A program made the translations under genes and the position numbers. 64,000 nt of DNA from Antedon mediterranea (lineage: Eukaryota; Animalia; Echinodermata): the NCBI RefSeq assembly GCF_964355755.1, contig NC_092677.1:11802101-11866100 (forward strand), in the 5' to 3' direction. The notes under the pieces are model-generated. The model had not been told where the DNA came from, made no database searches, and saw only the letters and a program-made list of their open reading frames with translations. Positions 11,418 through 25,699 of the stretch are shown here, piece after piece; the first letter of the stretch is position 1, and every line of letters begins with the position of its first letter.

Positions 11418-12084
11418 TTACACAGAAAACAATCAGTATCTGCATAAATAAAACAATTAATTTATCAAAATGAGTAAACATTGGCTAATTTTTGAAAAGA
11501 AAAACCTAGAAAAGAAAATCAATATTATATTATAAAACATTAGCATAATTGTATCAAAACCTAGACAAACAGTCAATACTTATCCCCAAAATATTACAAT
11601 ATATTTATCAAACTAGCTAGGACAAAATTCAACATATGTAACCATTATAAAGTGTGTACGATAAAGCATTTTGTATATTTTGAGGGAAAAAAGGAAATGA
11701 TAAATATTTATTTAACTAGAAAAACTTTCAATATATTTATAAAAATAAAACTTTTTTGGGGGAAAACAAAACCCTAGAAAACCAAAAGGAAATGTGTTGC
11801 TGAAACGCCTCAAAAGAGCATGCTAGCCTAGGCTAAAAATGTTTAAAAGGGGATAACCTGATTGGCAGCAGCTAGCTATCAGTGAAGAAGGCAATAGGAA
11901 ATATGCACCTGATTCAAAAGGTTTTCCTTTGAATAATACAAAGAAAAAAACCACTGATAACAGGTTCCAAGAAAATGTTAAAATATTGGAAGTCATGTGT
12001 CCAGAAGGGTTAATATTTGGATGGACTGGTCATTGACCTCCATGGACCAGTCGCCAATTAGCCAATACCCCACTTGAAAATAAG

Positions 12085-13015
12085 CACATGGAATGTGCGA
12101 ACTTTGATTTTAAAAAGAGTAAAAGAAAATGTGCAGATGGCTAATGGAGATGAATAGAGATCATTTAAATATATTGATACAAGATTAACAAAAACTGGTG
12201 ATATTGGCTTAACATTTAATGAATATAAATTGATAAATTCTTAAAGTGAAAAACAAGAAAATGCTATATATGCAAAAAACGTTATTGAAATTAAATATAA
12301 AAGACTTATGACAAGAATTGAGCCATTTCTGTCAATAGAGTGGATTACATGCCAACAGGAGTGATGAGGGAGATGTAGATAGAGTCTATGAAAAGAAATA
12401 GACGATTTACTGGATTACTATAAAAAAGAAAATGGAACTTGGACAAAAAATGGGCAGAGGAGATAAATTAATGACATTTGCTAATAATTATAAGTTTGTA
12501 ATTTGCAAAATGGTTTTGCAAGGAAGAACAATTTATAGAGAGATACAAGAATGCAGTAACAAAATGCCATAGCTATCCTGGGGCTGATGTTGGTTCAGAC
12601 CACAGCATTGTTTCTATTATGATGAAGGATATTAAAAAAGAAGTGGAAACTTGAAGTCCTGGAGTTCGATGCCACTCAACAGGAAATTAGAATGCAAATA
12701 GATAAAAGACTAAAAACTGAAGGAACATGAAATAATGAAGAAAGTATAACAGTGCAATTAAGCATATCAATTATGCCAAAGGCTAGAAGCCAAAAATCCC
12801 ATGGATTACTGAAGAGATGATTTTTTTTACATATGGATGAGAGAAGGAAATGGTAAAATAAAACCAATTATCAAAGTCTTAACAGCTATGATAAATAACT
12901 GACAAGGTAAAGGAAGACTGGATTTCAGTAGAAAGTGTAAGGAAATTGATCAATAGAAAAAAGTTGCTAAAGCAATTAGGAGAAACAACAATATGGTTAA
13001 AATCAAAGATATGAT
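12085..13015 (+). mobile_element. Degenerate non-LTR retrotransposon (RTE-like) APE endonuclease region
   Basis: Frameshifted motifs TWNVR (~12086), CHSYPGADVGSDH (~12565-12603) and PWITEE (~12799); many stop codons. Confidence 0.75.
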
Positions 13016-14634
13016 TGAAAACAATCGTCCTGACACAAGCTTTGCTTTTTTGGTGACGCCACCATTTTGGAAATAAATGTTGATTTTGATTGATTGATTG
13101 AAACCTACAAAGATGTGAGAAACACAGACTGCAAGTATCATTAAACATACTTCTATACTTTCGAAATAAAACACAGAGCAATGAATTTATTCAATTAAAA
13201 AAAAACTGATTAGCTAATGATATTGAAAATATCATACAAAATTGTAACAAAAAACCATTTTAATTTGATAATAATAATGTACTATTAGTCTACTTACAGT
13301 TTAGCATGCAGTGTAATATCCTGTAATCCTGTTGCAGTAAGCCGATGATTTCTCTGTTGATCCGAGTGGCACTCACCAGTCCTAATACCTATATAAGAAT
13401 GCTGGAGAAGACATAGTATAACAATGCAATACTTGTCTTGTCTGCAATCTGTAGGCCTACAGTGGAAACATCTGAAAAGAGTGCTTGGGGGAAGAGGTAC
13501 ACATAATTAATACTATAATACTCACAGTTTTTGCAATCCTGAAATCTGATATTAATATCTCCAATGAGCTCCATTCTTCTGTTAATCTCTCTGACTTGCC
13601 CTGTTGATCCAAGTAGCACAAAAAGAAACCTATACCAAGACCTAAAAAGAAAGCTTCAGGAAAACAAATACTAGATCAATGCACTTTATACTTACAGTAC
13701 CTTGCAATGTCTACCACACTTATTCTGAATACATCCCCATTTCTAATTGAATATGGCATTGGTACAGCAACACATCTGCTGGAGAGTGCTAGGTAAAGAA
13801 ATACTGTAGTTATGACTGTACACATCATTACCTGTGATTGGTACCCAACTTTAAATGACAAGTTGCCATGTAGCATATTGGTTGTCTTCTCATGGTTAGC
13901 CATCGCAATTCTTCAGGACTCCTACCACCTTGATATGAGTGACACAAACACCTATATCATCAAGATCTAATACAGATACTGGAGAAGAAACAAATAGTAA
14001 AATAATGCACATTTATAACTTACCTTACTCGATACTTACCATAAACCAATAAACACCTCATTTATGTACAGTCTGCTCTGGCATTAGTACTTCATAAAAA
14101 AAAAAAGAGGAATAACATTTTCAAAAAATATTTTCAGTTCCTTGTTTTATTAGTCTTACTTGGACGCTGTCATACAAACTCAAACATCTAGTCCAGAAGC
14201 AACAAACAAAGAAAAACACACATCTCGGTCGGAACACACCGATGCCAATCTGAAATGATAAAAGTATCGTTCCCACAGAGGGTATACATATATACATATT
14301 TTTTTGTGATTATTAAAATTGAGAAAGGCATCAGCAAATGGTTTTTATTGTTACAAAAGTTTGGAAATTAGTTAATTGAAGATGATGCCTAAATACAAAT
14401 ACTACCACTCCTGCCACTCTCCAACTCACTTTTACATTGTAATCTAAATTAACTACCTAGACTAATTGAAGTAATTTATTTAGTTAAAATTGTAGTAAAA
14501 TCCTAACAATCCTACGCACAATATAATCAACACTGTCCTCAAATTGTATTTACTGACAGTTCACAATATTTATAGTCACCGAAATAAAATGTTAAACCTA
14601 TAATTTAACATTTAAAATTAAAAATTAAAACCGT

Positions 14635-17200
14635 AGACACATTTTTCAATATTTTTTTATTCTCATTGTATTGTGATAATGTATTGAAATAAAGACAAAG
14701 ACACATTTTTCAATATTTATTTATTCTCATTGTATTGTGATGATGTATTAAAATAAACACACAGACACATTTTTCAATGATATTTATTTATTCTCATTGT
14801 ATTTTGATGATGTATTGAAATAAACACACAGACACATTTTTCAATATTTATTTATTCTCAATATATTGTGATGATGTATTAAAATAAACACACAGACACC
14901 TTTTTCAATATTTATTTATTCTCAATATATTGTGATGATGTATTGAAATAAACACACAGACACATTTTTCAATATTTATTTATTCTCAATATATTGTGAT
15001 GATGCATTAAAATAAACACACAAGACACCTTTTTCAATATTTATTTATTCTCAATATATTGTGATGATGTATTGAAATAAACACACAGACACATTTTTCA
15101 ATATTTATTTATTCTCAATATATTGTGATGATGTATTAAAATAAACACACAGACACCTTTTTCAATATTTATTTATTCTCAATATATTGTGATGATGTAT
15201 TGAAAAAAACACAGACACAATTTTCAAGTTTTGTGAATGAGGAACTAAATTTATCTTCATTTGTAAATATATAAAAAACATTTACTTTGAAATTAATTGA
15301 ACCGTTTCGGCTAACATCAAATAAATAGAACTTAATTCTCAATATATTTTGATGATGTATTGAAATAAACACACAGACACATTCAATATTTATTTATTCT
15401 CATTGTATTGTGATGATGTATTGAAATAAACACACAAACACATTTTTCAATATTTATTAATTCTCAATATATTTTGATAATGTATTGAAATAAACCACAG
15501 ACACATTTTTCAATATTTATTAATTCTCAATATATTTATTTTCATGATGTATTGAAATAAACACACAAAACACATTTTTCAATATTTATTTATTCTTAAT
15601 GTTTTGTGATCATGTATTCAAATAAACACACAGACACATTTTTCAATATTTATTTATTATCAATGTTTTGTGAATGATGTATTGAAATAAACAGACAAAC
15701 ACATTTTTCAATATTTATTTATTCTCAATATATTGTGATGATGTATTGAAATAAACACACAGACACATTTTTCAATATTTATTTATTCTCATTGTATTGT
15801 GATGATGTATTGAAATAAACACACAGACACATTTTTCAATATTTATTTATTCTCAGTATATTGTGATGATGTATTGAAATAAACACACAGACACATTTTT
15901 AAATATTTATTTATTATCAATGGTTTGTGAATGATGTATATAAATAAAACACAGAAACATTTTTCAATATTTATTTATTCTCAGTATATTGTGATGATTT
16001 ATTGAAATAAACACACAGACACCTTTTTCAATATTTATTAATTCTCAATATATTTTGATGATGTATTGAAATAAACACACAGACACATTTTTCAATATTT
16101 ATTTATTATCAATGGTTTGTGAATGATGTATATAAATAAAACACAGAAACATTTTTCAATATTTATTTATTCTCAGTATATTGTGATGATGTATTGAAAT
16201 AAACACACAGACACATTTTTTTCAATATTTATTTATTGTCAATGTTTTGTGAATGATGTATTGAAATAAACACACAGACACATTTTTCAATATATATTTA
16301 TTCTCAATGTATTGTGATGATGTATTGAAATAAACACACAGACACATTTTTCAATATTTATTTATTCTCAATGTTTTGTGAATGATGTATTGAAATAAAC
16401 ACAGACACATTCTTCAATATTTATTTTGTTAAATGTTTTGTGAATGAGTAAGTATATTTATTGTCATTTGTAAATATATAAAAAAAACATTTACTTTGAA
16501 ATTAATTGAACCGTTTCGGCTAACAACAAATAAATACAACTTAAACTACATGGTGAAACTATCCCCCACCGGACACCATTCCGGTATTTCGAGGTTTCGG
16601 GAAAGTACAAACCTAATGTAAACATGCGTCATTGAAATAAACACACACAAACACATTTTTCAGTATTTATTTATTCCCAATGTATTGTGATGATGTATTG
16701 AAATAAACACACAGACACATTTTTCAATATTTATTTATTCTCCATATATCTTGATGATTTATTGAAATAAACATACAGACACATTTTTCAATATTTATTT
16801 ATTCTCAATATATTTTGATGATGTATTGAAATAAACACAGACACATTTTGAAATATTTATTTATTCTCAATGTATTGTGATGATGTATTGAAATAAACAC
16901 ACAGACACATTTTGAAATATTTTTTTATTATCAATATATTTTGATGATGTATTGAAATAAACACACAGACACATTGTTCAATATTTGTTTATTCTTAATG
17001 TATTGGGATGATGTATTGAAATAAACACACAGACACATTTTCCAATATTTATTTATTCTCAATGTTTTGTGATGATGTATTGAAATAAACACACAGACAC
17101 ATTTTTCAATATTTATTTATTCTCAATATATTTTGATAATGTATTGAAATAAACACACAGACACATTTTGAAATATTTATTTATTTTCAATGTATTGTGA
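14635..17200. repeat. 64-bp AT-rich satellite, about 35 copies, with two related interruptions (~15235-15335, ~16445-16630)
   Basis: Unit ACACATTTTTCAATATTTATTTATTCTCAATATATTGTGATGATGTATTGAAATAAACACACAG; period of 64 measured at 14821 and 14885. Confidence 0.97.
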
Positions 17201-17809
17201 ATTTTTTTTTTGTGGAGGGTCGAGGGATAAAAATGAAAAAAATAAATAAAAATTGTAATCATAACTGAATGAAACACCAGGAAAAACCATCTCCAGAACA
17301 TGAACAAAAAAAACATCTAGGCCGGAAGCTGTAAAAGTGTCTTCACAGGGACAGGATAGCCATAGACCATCAAACCTGAAAGATAGTACCAGCTGAATGT
17401 AATGCTTTAATAATATTAATATTCAAATAACAAAATATTATATTCACATTGTTAGATGCAAGACTCCTGTTTAGAAAAACATAATACAGAATTCCAGTTG
17501 CCAGTGTTCACTGCACAGCAGTAAAATAATAATTCAGATAGGGTATAACATAACATTATGGTGGTAGGATTCAGGTCGCTCTAAATTAAATTAATTTTCT
17601 CCGTTTTAAAACACAGTAAAGAAAATACATGGAAAGGCAGGAAGGAACCTTACAGTATTTGGGAAAACTACAGTATAGCTTCAGCTCAATTATTTACAAT
17701 GTATCTATAAATGATGTTTCAGGATGTTAGACAATAGGTCTTTTGTTATTTAAACTTTGACCCTTGGCTTGTGCTACTTAATTAGTTGTTGTTTTATATT
17801 TTATTCATT

Positions 17810-17850
17810 GGACTTGATAATGACCCCATGATGGAGTCGAAACGTCGTTC
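17810..17850 (+). ncRNA. Minimal type-I hammerhead ribozyme motif (Penelope-like element remnant)
   Basis: Stem I GGAC/GTTC; core TTGATAA (U3-A8 covariant of CUGANGA); stem II GACCCCA/TGGAGTC; GAAAC-GTC with palindromic ACGT stem III and a GUC cleavage triplet. Confidence 0.65.
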
Positions 17851-17889
17851 TCTTTTAAGTGTTATTTTTATATTATGTTTCAGAAAGTG

Positions 17890-18350
17890 TTGCTAAAATG
17901 ATAACAAAATAATCTTATAAATTTCACTGGAATGGAAAAAAAGAAAAAATAAAAAGGAAAAAATTAATTGGTAAAATAGTTAATGGTGGCATTAATATGT
18001 CTGATTTTTCTATTCAAGTAAAAGCTTTCAAAATCTCATGGGTAAAAGTAAAAAAAAATTTTTTTAAAAAGCATGTAAAATGGAAAATATTTCCTTTGTA
18101 GTACATAAATAAGATATGAAATGAATTTATGGTATTGAACATGTCAAATTTGAATAATAATAATAAGTGCAGTTATTTTTTAAATAAGATGCCTTTATTT
18201 TATTCACATGTAATAAACTGTTGTGCAAATGTTAAGCATAATGTAACATCATGTAATGATGTTATGCAAGAAAACCTGTGAGGAAATAAGGAAATTGTAT
18301 GAAAAACTAAGCTTTTTTAATAAAATAAATGATTTAGTCAAAATCTATAG
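17890..18350 (+). mobile_element. Degenerate L1/Tx1-clade LINE ORF2 fragment (post-RT region)
   Basis: Frameshifted translation F.WNGKK.KIKRKKLIGKIVNGGINMSDFSIQVKAFKISWVK, typical of the Tx1/L1 region after RT. Confidence 0.7.
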
Positions 18351-19974
18351 ACATATGCACCCAGCTGAAATTCTGTTACAGTTATTTAAAACTTTTTAAA
18401 GAAATATTTTAATGATGAGTTGTATAATTTATATTTATTGATATGGGAAACTTAACATATAAAAAAGAAATGTATGTATATTATATATTATAAAATTAAT
18501 TTTCAGAATATCACTCAGGTGGTTCAAAATTAATGTTTGCCACCTGTGGTGTTGTATTATATACTGTAAATGCAAAAACAAAATAAGAGAAACAAGAACG
18601 GATTGATTACAAAGAAATGTTTATTCAAAATAAGTATATAGCAAAATTATGAAGTGAATCTCACAAAAGAGAAAAATAAAAAGTTATATTTTCATTAAAG
18701 ATAATGAAAATCAACAAAAAAATTCCATGCGTTTAATTAACAAATATACGTCTGTCCTTGATACTCTACTGTTCTGGGCAGTCACATTATCGTACACTAC
18801 CCACCGTCAACCATGTGACCGTGTGACGTAGACGTACGCTCGCCTCGTGCTTTAGTTGGTGAGTGGCGATTTGAGTGGCTTTCAACATAACAAAATAATT
18901 CATACCTACCTGAATAACTTATCAATACAAATTATACGTAATAAAATACATTTAATTGATATTTATTAATTATTTTATTCAAAGTTTCAACAACCGTATG
19001 CCTATACAAAACACAAATAGGGTACGTAAAATAAATATCAGCGAAAACAAAATCTGGAAACATGGCGAGTCATGGCGGCATGTGTGTCGTACTGACTGGT
19101 TTACTTTCTTTAAAAATTATCTGAAACTCTATTTTTAACTAACAAAATTAGGACGATCTGAATTTGGAATTGGATCATAAATGAATGCAAACAATGTGTA
19201 AATCAATTGATTATCGGGATAATAATATCAGCGAATACTGAATAATTGTTTAATTATTTTAATTATTTTTCTTTGTAATTTGTTCTGAACACACCAAGTT
19301 CAGTGTGTTGAGTTCTTCTCGAACCGTAAGCCCCGCGCCCGGATGGTGCCAACGGCATGGCTTCGGGAACCACATCAAACTAAAACTTGATTTCGGATTG
19401 TACTTTAGTGTTTTAGTGAAATAAATTATTAGCTATTATTCTTGGTTGTTCTTCAGTACAGCTGATGCAATATTTACGTTCGATTTGCGTATATTTTCGA
19501 AACAAAACATCTAAACTTACCTGCATCTCACTTCGCCTCTCGTGCTGTCTAAGTAGTCTGAGACGGTAGGACAGAACCCGTATGTTAGATTGTCTGGGTT
19601 CTTTCCCGCTATCTATTTTTTTTCAATAACCTTTGAACTTGTTTAAAAATATAATATACAACAATAAATATGTTAAGCCCTCACTAATTTATCCCACCTT
19701 TTGTACGCCAATATTTGTACATAACATGGTTAACCGTACGAGTCAGTAGTGGTAACAATTTAATATGTTCTAATTTAATTTATACTATTTCTCAATGTAC
19801 TTTCTAGATACAATGTATTCATTCGGACTACTGTAATTCTAAGCTTGGTGGTCCGTCCAAAAAAGTTTGAGCCCGTTAAACTATAGGGGGCTCACTCGTA
19901 AGTATTAAAAATAAAAAGTTAGTTAGTCATCTATGGAACGCCGTTTACGCAACATTTCGATGATATGAATTTTA

Positions 19975-20162
19975 AGTGAATGAAATGCATCGATATGAAT
20001 TGAATGGCGCGATATATGAATGAAATGTTTTGAATTGAATGCTTTGAATTGAATGTTTTGAATTAAAGGTTTTGAATGAAATTTTTTGAATGAAATGTTT
20101 TGAATGAAATTTTTGAATGAAATGTTTTGAATGAAATGTTCTGAATTGAATGTTTTGAATAA
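19975..20162. repeat. ~14-bp simple tandem repeat (TGAATGAAATGTTT)n
   Basis: Direct reading. Confidence 0.9.
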
Positions 20163-20569
20163 TAATAATAGTATTTTTAAAAGTGTATATTTTGGCCATT
20201 TAAAAAAAAATCCCTGTATGGGAAATGGCAAAATTTCGTCTTTTTTAAAATAAATAGTTACTATAGGTCTATAAGATGATAATAAAGCAATATATAGCAA
20301 TATTATTACATAATAATAGTATTTTAAATGTGTGTTTTTAAATTTAAATTATTATGCGATAAAACTGCTCTATGTGATCATATATTGCTTTATCATCATC
20401 TTATAGTACCGTAGACACTAGTTTTGTCGAATAATAGTAGGGATTTTTTCACAAAATGGCTAAAATATCAAGTTTTTAAAAATCAATTATTATGCGATAA
20501 AACTGCTATATATGATCATATATTGCTTTATCATCATCTTATAGTACGATAGACACCAGTTTTGTCGAA

Positions 20570-23500
20570 AAATAAAAGGGTCGAAAATTTGCCATATTTG
20601 AAAAAAACCACTATATGGTTATTATAGCTCAATTGACATGCGCAGAACCCATTATTCGGCTCTGCGCATGTTTATTATGCAATAGTAACCATTTACGTCA
20701 AAAAATAAAAGGGTCGAAAATTGGCCATTTCTCGAAAATTTTCCTGTACTATAGTACAGGGATTTAACAAAAAATGGCAAATTTTCGACCTTTTTATTTT
20801 TCGATAAAACTGGTTACTATAGCACAATTAACATGCGCAGAACCCATTAGTCGCCTCTGGGCATGTTTATTATGTTATAGTAACCATTTATGTCAAAACT
20901 GGTTACCGTAGCACAATTGACAGGCGCATAACCCATTATTCGTCTCTGCGCATGTTTATTATGCAATAGTTTATTTATTTATTTATTTATTTATTTATTT
21001 CCTTTATTGCATCAAGTAAGAAGCAGTGATGAAGTTGACATAAATATAATAGTAAATATGTAAACACATAGTATAACACAGTCCAAACAAGTAATACTAA
21101 AATAAATTATAGTCCACAAATCAGTCTTTCAATGGCCATAATAGTACATCCAGTAACACAAACCAATAGGGGTTCACAATTTGCTTATCATAACTCAGTT
21201 ACTGATCATTCACCAATCATTGAAAACTCCGTGGAAAGTAATTAAGTTTTTTGTGCGTTGTGTCCGGACTTTGGGGAGGGTGAACGATCTAACGCGTCGG
21301 AGCTGATGGTTGTGTGTGGGAGGTTTAGGTAAGTAACCATTTATGTCAAAAAATAAAAGGGTCGAAAATCGGCCATTTTTCGAAAATTTCCCTGTACTAT
21401 AGTACAGGGATTTTCCACAAAATGGCAAATTTTCGACCTTTTTATTTTTCAATAAAACTGGTTACTATAGCAAAATTGATATGTGCAGAACCCATTATTC
21501 GCCTCTGCGCATGTTTATTATGTTATAGTAACCATTTATGTCAAAACTGGTTACTATCGCACAATTGACATGCGCAGAACCCATTATTCGTCTCTGCGCA
21601 TGTTTATTATGCAATAGTAACCATTTATGTCAAAAAATAAAAGGGTCGAAAATCGGCCATTTTTCGAAAATTTCCCTGTACTGTACAGGGATTTTCCAAA
21701 AAATGGTAAATTTTCGACCTTTTTATTTTCCGATAAAACTGGTTACTATAGGACAATTAACATGCGCAGAACCCATTAGTCGCCTCTGGGCATGTTTATT
21801 ATGTTATAGTAACCATTTATGTCAAAACTGGTTACTATCGCACAATTGACATGCGCAGAATCCATTATTCGACTCTGCGCATGTTTATTATGCAATAGTA
21901 ACCATTTATGTCAAAACTAGTTACTATCGCAAAATTGACATGCGCAGAACCCATTATTCGACTCTGCGCATGTTTATTATGCAATAGTAACCATTTACGT
22001 CAAAAAATAAAAGGGTCGAAAATCGGCCATTTTTCGCAAATTTCCCTGTACTATAGTACAGGGATTTTTCAAAAAATAGCAAATTTTCGACCTTTCTATT
22101 TTTCGATAAAACTGGTTACTATAGCACAATTAACATGCGCAGAACCCATTATTCGTCTCTGCGCATGTTTATTATGCAATAGTTACCATTTATGTCAAAA
22201 AATAAAAGGGTCGAAAATCAGCCATTTTTCGAATATTTCCCTGTACTATAGTACAGGGATTTTCCAAAAAATTGTAAATTTTCGACCTTATTATTTTCCG
22301 ATAAAACTGGTTACTATAGGACAATTAACAAGCGCAGAACCCATTAGTCGCCTCTGGGCATGTTTATTATGCTATAGTAACCATTTATGTCAAAACTGGT
22401 TACTATAGCACAATTGACATGCACAGAACCCATTATTCGTCTCTGCGCACGTTTATTATGCAATAGTAACCATTTATGTCAAAAAATAAAAGGGTCGAAA
22501 ATCGGCCATTTTTCGAAAATTTCTCTGTACTATAGTACAGGGATTTTTCAAAAAATTGTAAATTTTCGACCTTTCTATTTTTCGATAAAACTGGTTACTA
22601 TAGCACAATTAACATGCGCAGAACCCATTATTCGCCTCTGCGCATGTTTATTATGCTATAGTAACCATTTATGTCAAAACTGGTTACTATCGCACAATTG
22701 ACATGCGCAGAACCCATTATTCGTCTCTGCGCATGTTTATTATGCAATAGTAACAATTTATGTCAAAAAATAAAAGGGTCGAAAATCGGCCATTTTTCGA
22801 AAATTTCCCTGTACTATAGTACAGGGATTTTCCAAAAAATGGTAAATTTTCGACCTTTTTATTTTCCGATAAAACTGGTTACTATAGCACAATTAACATG
22901 CGCAGAACCCATTATTCGCCTCTGCGCATGTTTATTATGCTATAGTAACCATTTATGTCAAAACTGGTTACTATCGCACAATTGACATGCGCAGAACCCA
23001 TTATTCGTCTCTGCGCATGTTTATTATGCAATAGTAACCATTTATGTCAAAAAATAAAAGGGTCGAAAATCGGCCATTTTTCGAAAATTTCTCTGTACTA
23101 TAGTACAGGGATTTTCCAAAAAATGGTAAATTTTCGACCTTTTTATTTTCCGATAAAACTGGTTACTATAGGACAATTAACATGCGCAGAACCCATTAGT
23201 CGCCTCCGGGCATGTTTATTATGTTATAGTAACCATTTATGTCAAAACTGGTTACTATCGCACAATTGACATGCGCAGAACCCATTATTCGTCTCTGCGC
23301 ATCTTTATTATGCAATAGTAACCATTTATGTCAAAAAATAAAAGGGTCGAAAATAGGCCATTTTTCGAAAATTTCCCTGTACTATATTACAGGAATTTTC
23401 CAAAAAATTGTAAATTTTCGACCTTTCTATTTTTCGATAAAACTGGTTACTATAGCACAATTAACATGCGCAGAACCCATTAGTCGCCTCTGCGCATGTT

Positions 23501-25024
23501 TATTATGCTATAGTAACCATTATGTCAAAACTGGTTACTATAGCACAATTGACATGCACAGAACCCATTATTCGTCTCTGCGCACGTTTATTATCCAATA
23601 GTAACCATTTATTACAAAAAATAAAAGGGTCGAAAATCGGCCATTTTTCGAAAATTTCCCTATACTATATATAGTACAGGGATTTTTCAAAAAATGGTAA
23701 ATTTTCGACCTTTCTATTTTTCGATAAAACTGGTTACTATAGCACAATTAACATGCGCAGAACCCATTATTCGCCTCTGCGCATGTTTATTATGCTATAG
23801 TAACCATTTATGTCAAAACTGGTTACTATCGCACAATTAACATGCGCAGAACCCATTATTCGCCTCTGCGCATGTTTATTATGCAATAGTAACCATTTAT
23901 GTCAAAAAATATAACGGTCGAAAATCGGCCATTTTTCGAAAATTTCCCTGTACTATATTACAGGGATTTTCCAAAAAATGGTAAATTTTCGACCTTTTTA
24001 TTTTCCGATAAAACTGGTTAATATAAGACAATTAACATGCGCAGAACCCATTAGTCGCCTCTGGGCATGTTTATTATGCTATAGTAACCATTATGTCAAA
24101 ACTGGTTACTATAGCACAATTGACATGCACAGAACCCATTATTCGTCTCTGTGCACGTTTATTATGCAATAGTAACCATTTATGTCAAAAAATAAAAGGG
24201 TCGAAAATCGGCCATTTTTCAAAAATTTCCCTGTACTATAGTACAGGGATTTTTCAAAAAAATGGTAAATTTTCGACCTTTCTATTTTTCGATAAAACTG
24301 GTTACTATAGCACAATTAACATGCGCAGAACTCATTATTCGCCTCTGCGCATGTTTATTATGCTATAGTAACCATTTATGTCAAAACTGGTTACTATCGC
24401 ACAATTGACATGCGCAGAACCCATTATTCGTCTCTGCGCATGTTTATTATGCAATAGTAACCATTTATTACAAAAAATAAAAGGGTCGAAAATCGGCCAT
24501 TTTTTGAAAATTTCCCTGTACTATATTACAGGGATTTTCCAAAAATGGTAAATTTTCGACCTTTTTATTTTCCGATAAAACTGGTTACTATAGGACAATT
24601 AACATGCGCAGGACCCATTAGTCGCCTCTGGGCATGTTTATTATGCTATAGTAACCATTATGTCAAAACTGGTTACTATAGCACAATTGACATGCACAGA
24701 ACCCATTATTCGTCTCTGCGCACGTTTATTATGCAATAGTAACCATTTATGTCAAAAAATAAAAGGGTCGAAAATCGGCCATTTTTCGAAAATTTCTTTG
24801 TACTATAGTACAGGGATTTTTCAAAAAATGGTAAATTTTCGACCTTTCTATTTTTCGATAAAACTGGTTACTATAGCACAATTAACATGCGCAGAACCCA
24901 TTATTCGCCTCTGGGCATGTTTATTATGCTATAGTAACCATTTCTGTCAAAACTGGTTACTATAGCACAATTGACATGCACAGAACCCATTATTCGTCTC
25001 TGCACACGTTTATTATGCAATAGC
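20570..25024. repeat. 284-bp higher-order satellite made of palindromic subunits (89+89+106 bp), about 14 units
   Basis: Period 284 (22387/22671/22955/23239); each subunit is an imperfect inverted repeat. Confidence 0.97.
20971..21331 (-). mobile_element. 5'-truncated CR1/L2-group LINE 3' end inserted in the 284-bp satellite
   Basis: (TAAA)n tail; the minus strand encodes HNHQLRRVRSFTLPKVRTQRTKN...W; it interrupts a satellite unit at gcaatagt|aaccat. Confidence 0.7.
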
Positions 25025-25699
25025 ATGCCTACGGTACCATACTGTATTATTTATGGGTATGGAATACACACAAAAATATCAAGTGGCTGCAGGAGACGCA
25101 ACACAGTACCATATTTCCCAACAACATACAGTAACGTTTAAATTTAAATTTAATTTGTATTTTTTTTATATATATAAAATGCAGTAAAATTTACAAAAAT
25201 TCTAATTAGTTTGGAATGCGAACATATGTTGCTGGATGAATATTCTATTACAATGCAATTATTGTATTAATTATGCATTCCATGCACTAACTCGTTAAAA
25301 ATAATATATCAAGGTATATTAAATTGAATATCTGTGATAATTACTAACCAACCTCAACATTTCAGTGAAATGTTAGATACATAGAAGTCAGTGGAATGTG
25401 GAAGCCTAGATATCAGGGGGCGGGAGATCACTCCCTTGCTAACTTGTTCCGAATACTACCCCTAACAAAACTCACTTCTAATGCGCTCAACACTTTAATC
25501 TACAAAATAGTGTTTAATTTTATTCAATACAAATAAATTTCAAGGTGTAGTTTTTCCACAAAGTAATTTTAACAGTAAATAGATTCCTAACATTATTATC
25601 TGTATATTAACAATTATAACAGCAGCACAAGCCTATGTTGAGCATGTACCAGTTACCACTGGGGTATATGGCCACACCCTAGGGTATATGGCCACACCC

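Noticed and set aside
13908-13967. C/D-box snoRNA-like TGATGA...CTGA on the minus strand
   Set aside because: Only about 50 nt between boxes, no proper K-turn terminal stem, and no eukaryotic rRNA complementarity that I can recognise.
21538-24965. Repeated ~104-aa Cys-rich ORFs (MSKLVTIAQLTCAEP...)
   Set aside because: They are translations of the 284-bp palindromic satellite; the period is not a multiple of 3, units are frameshifted, and there is no splice context.
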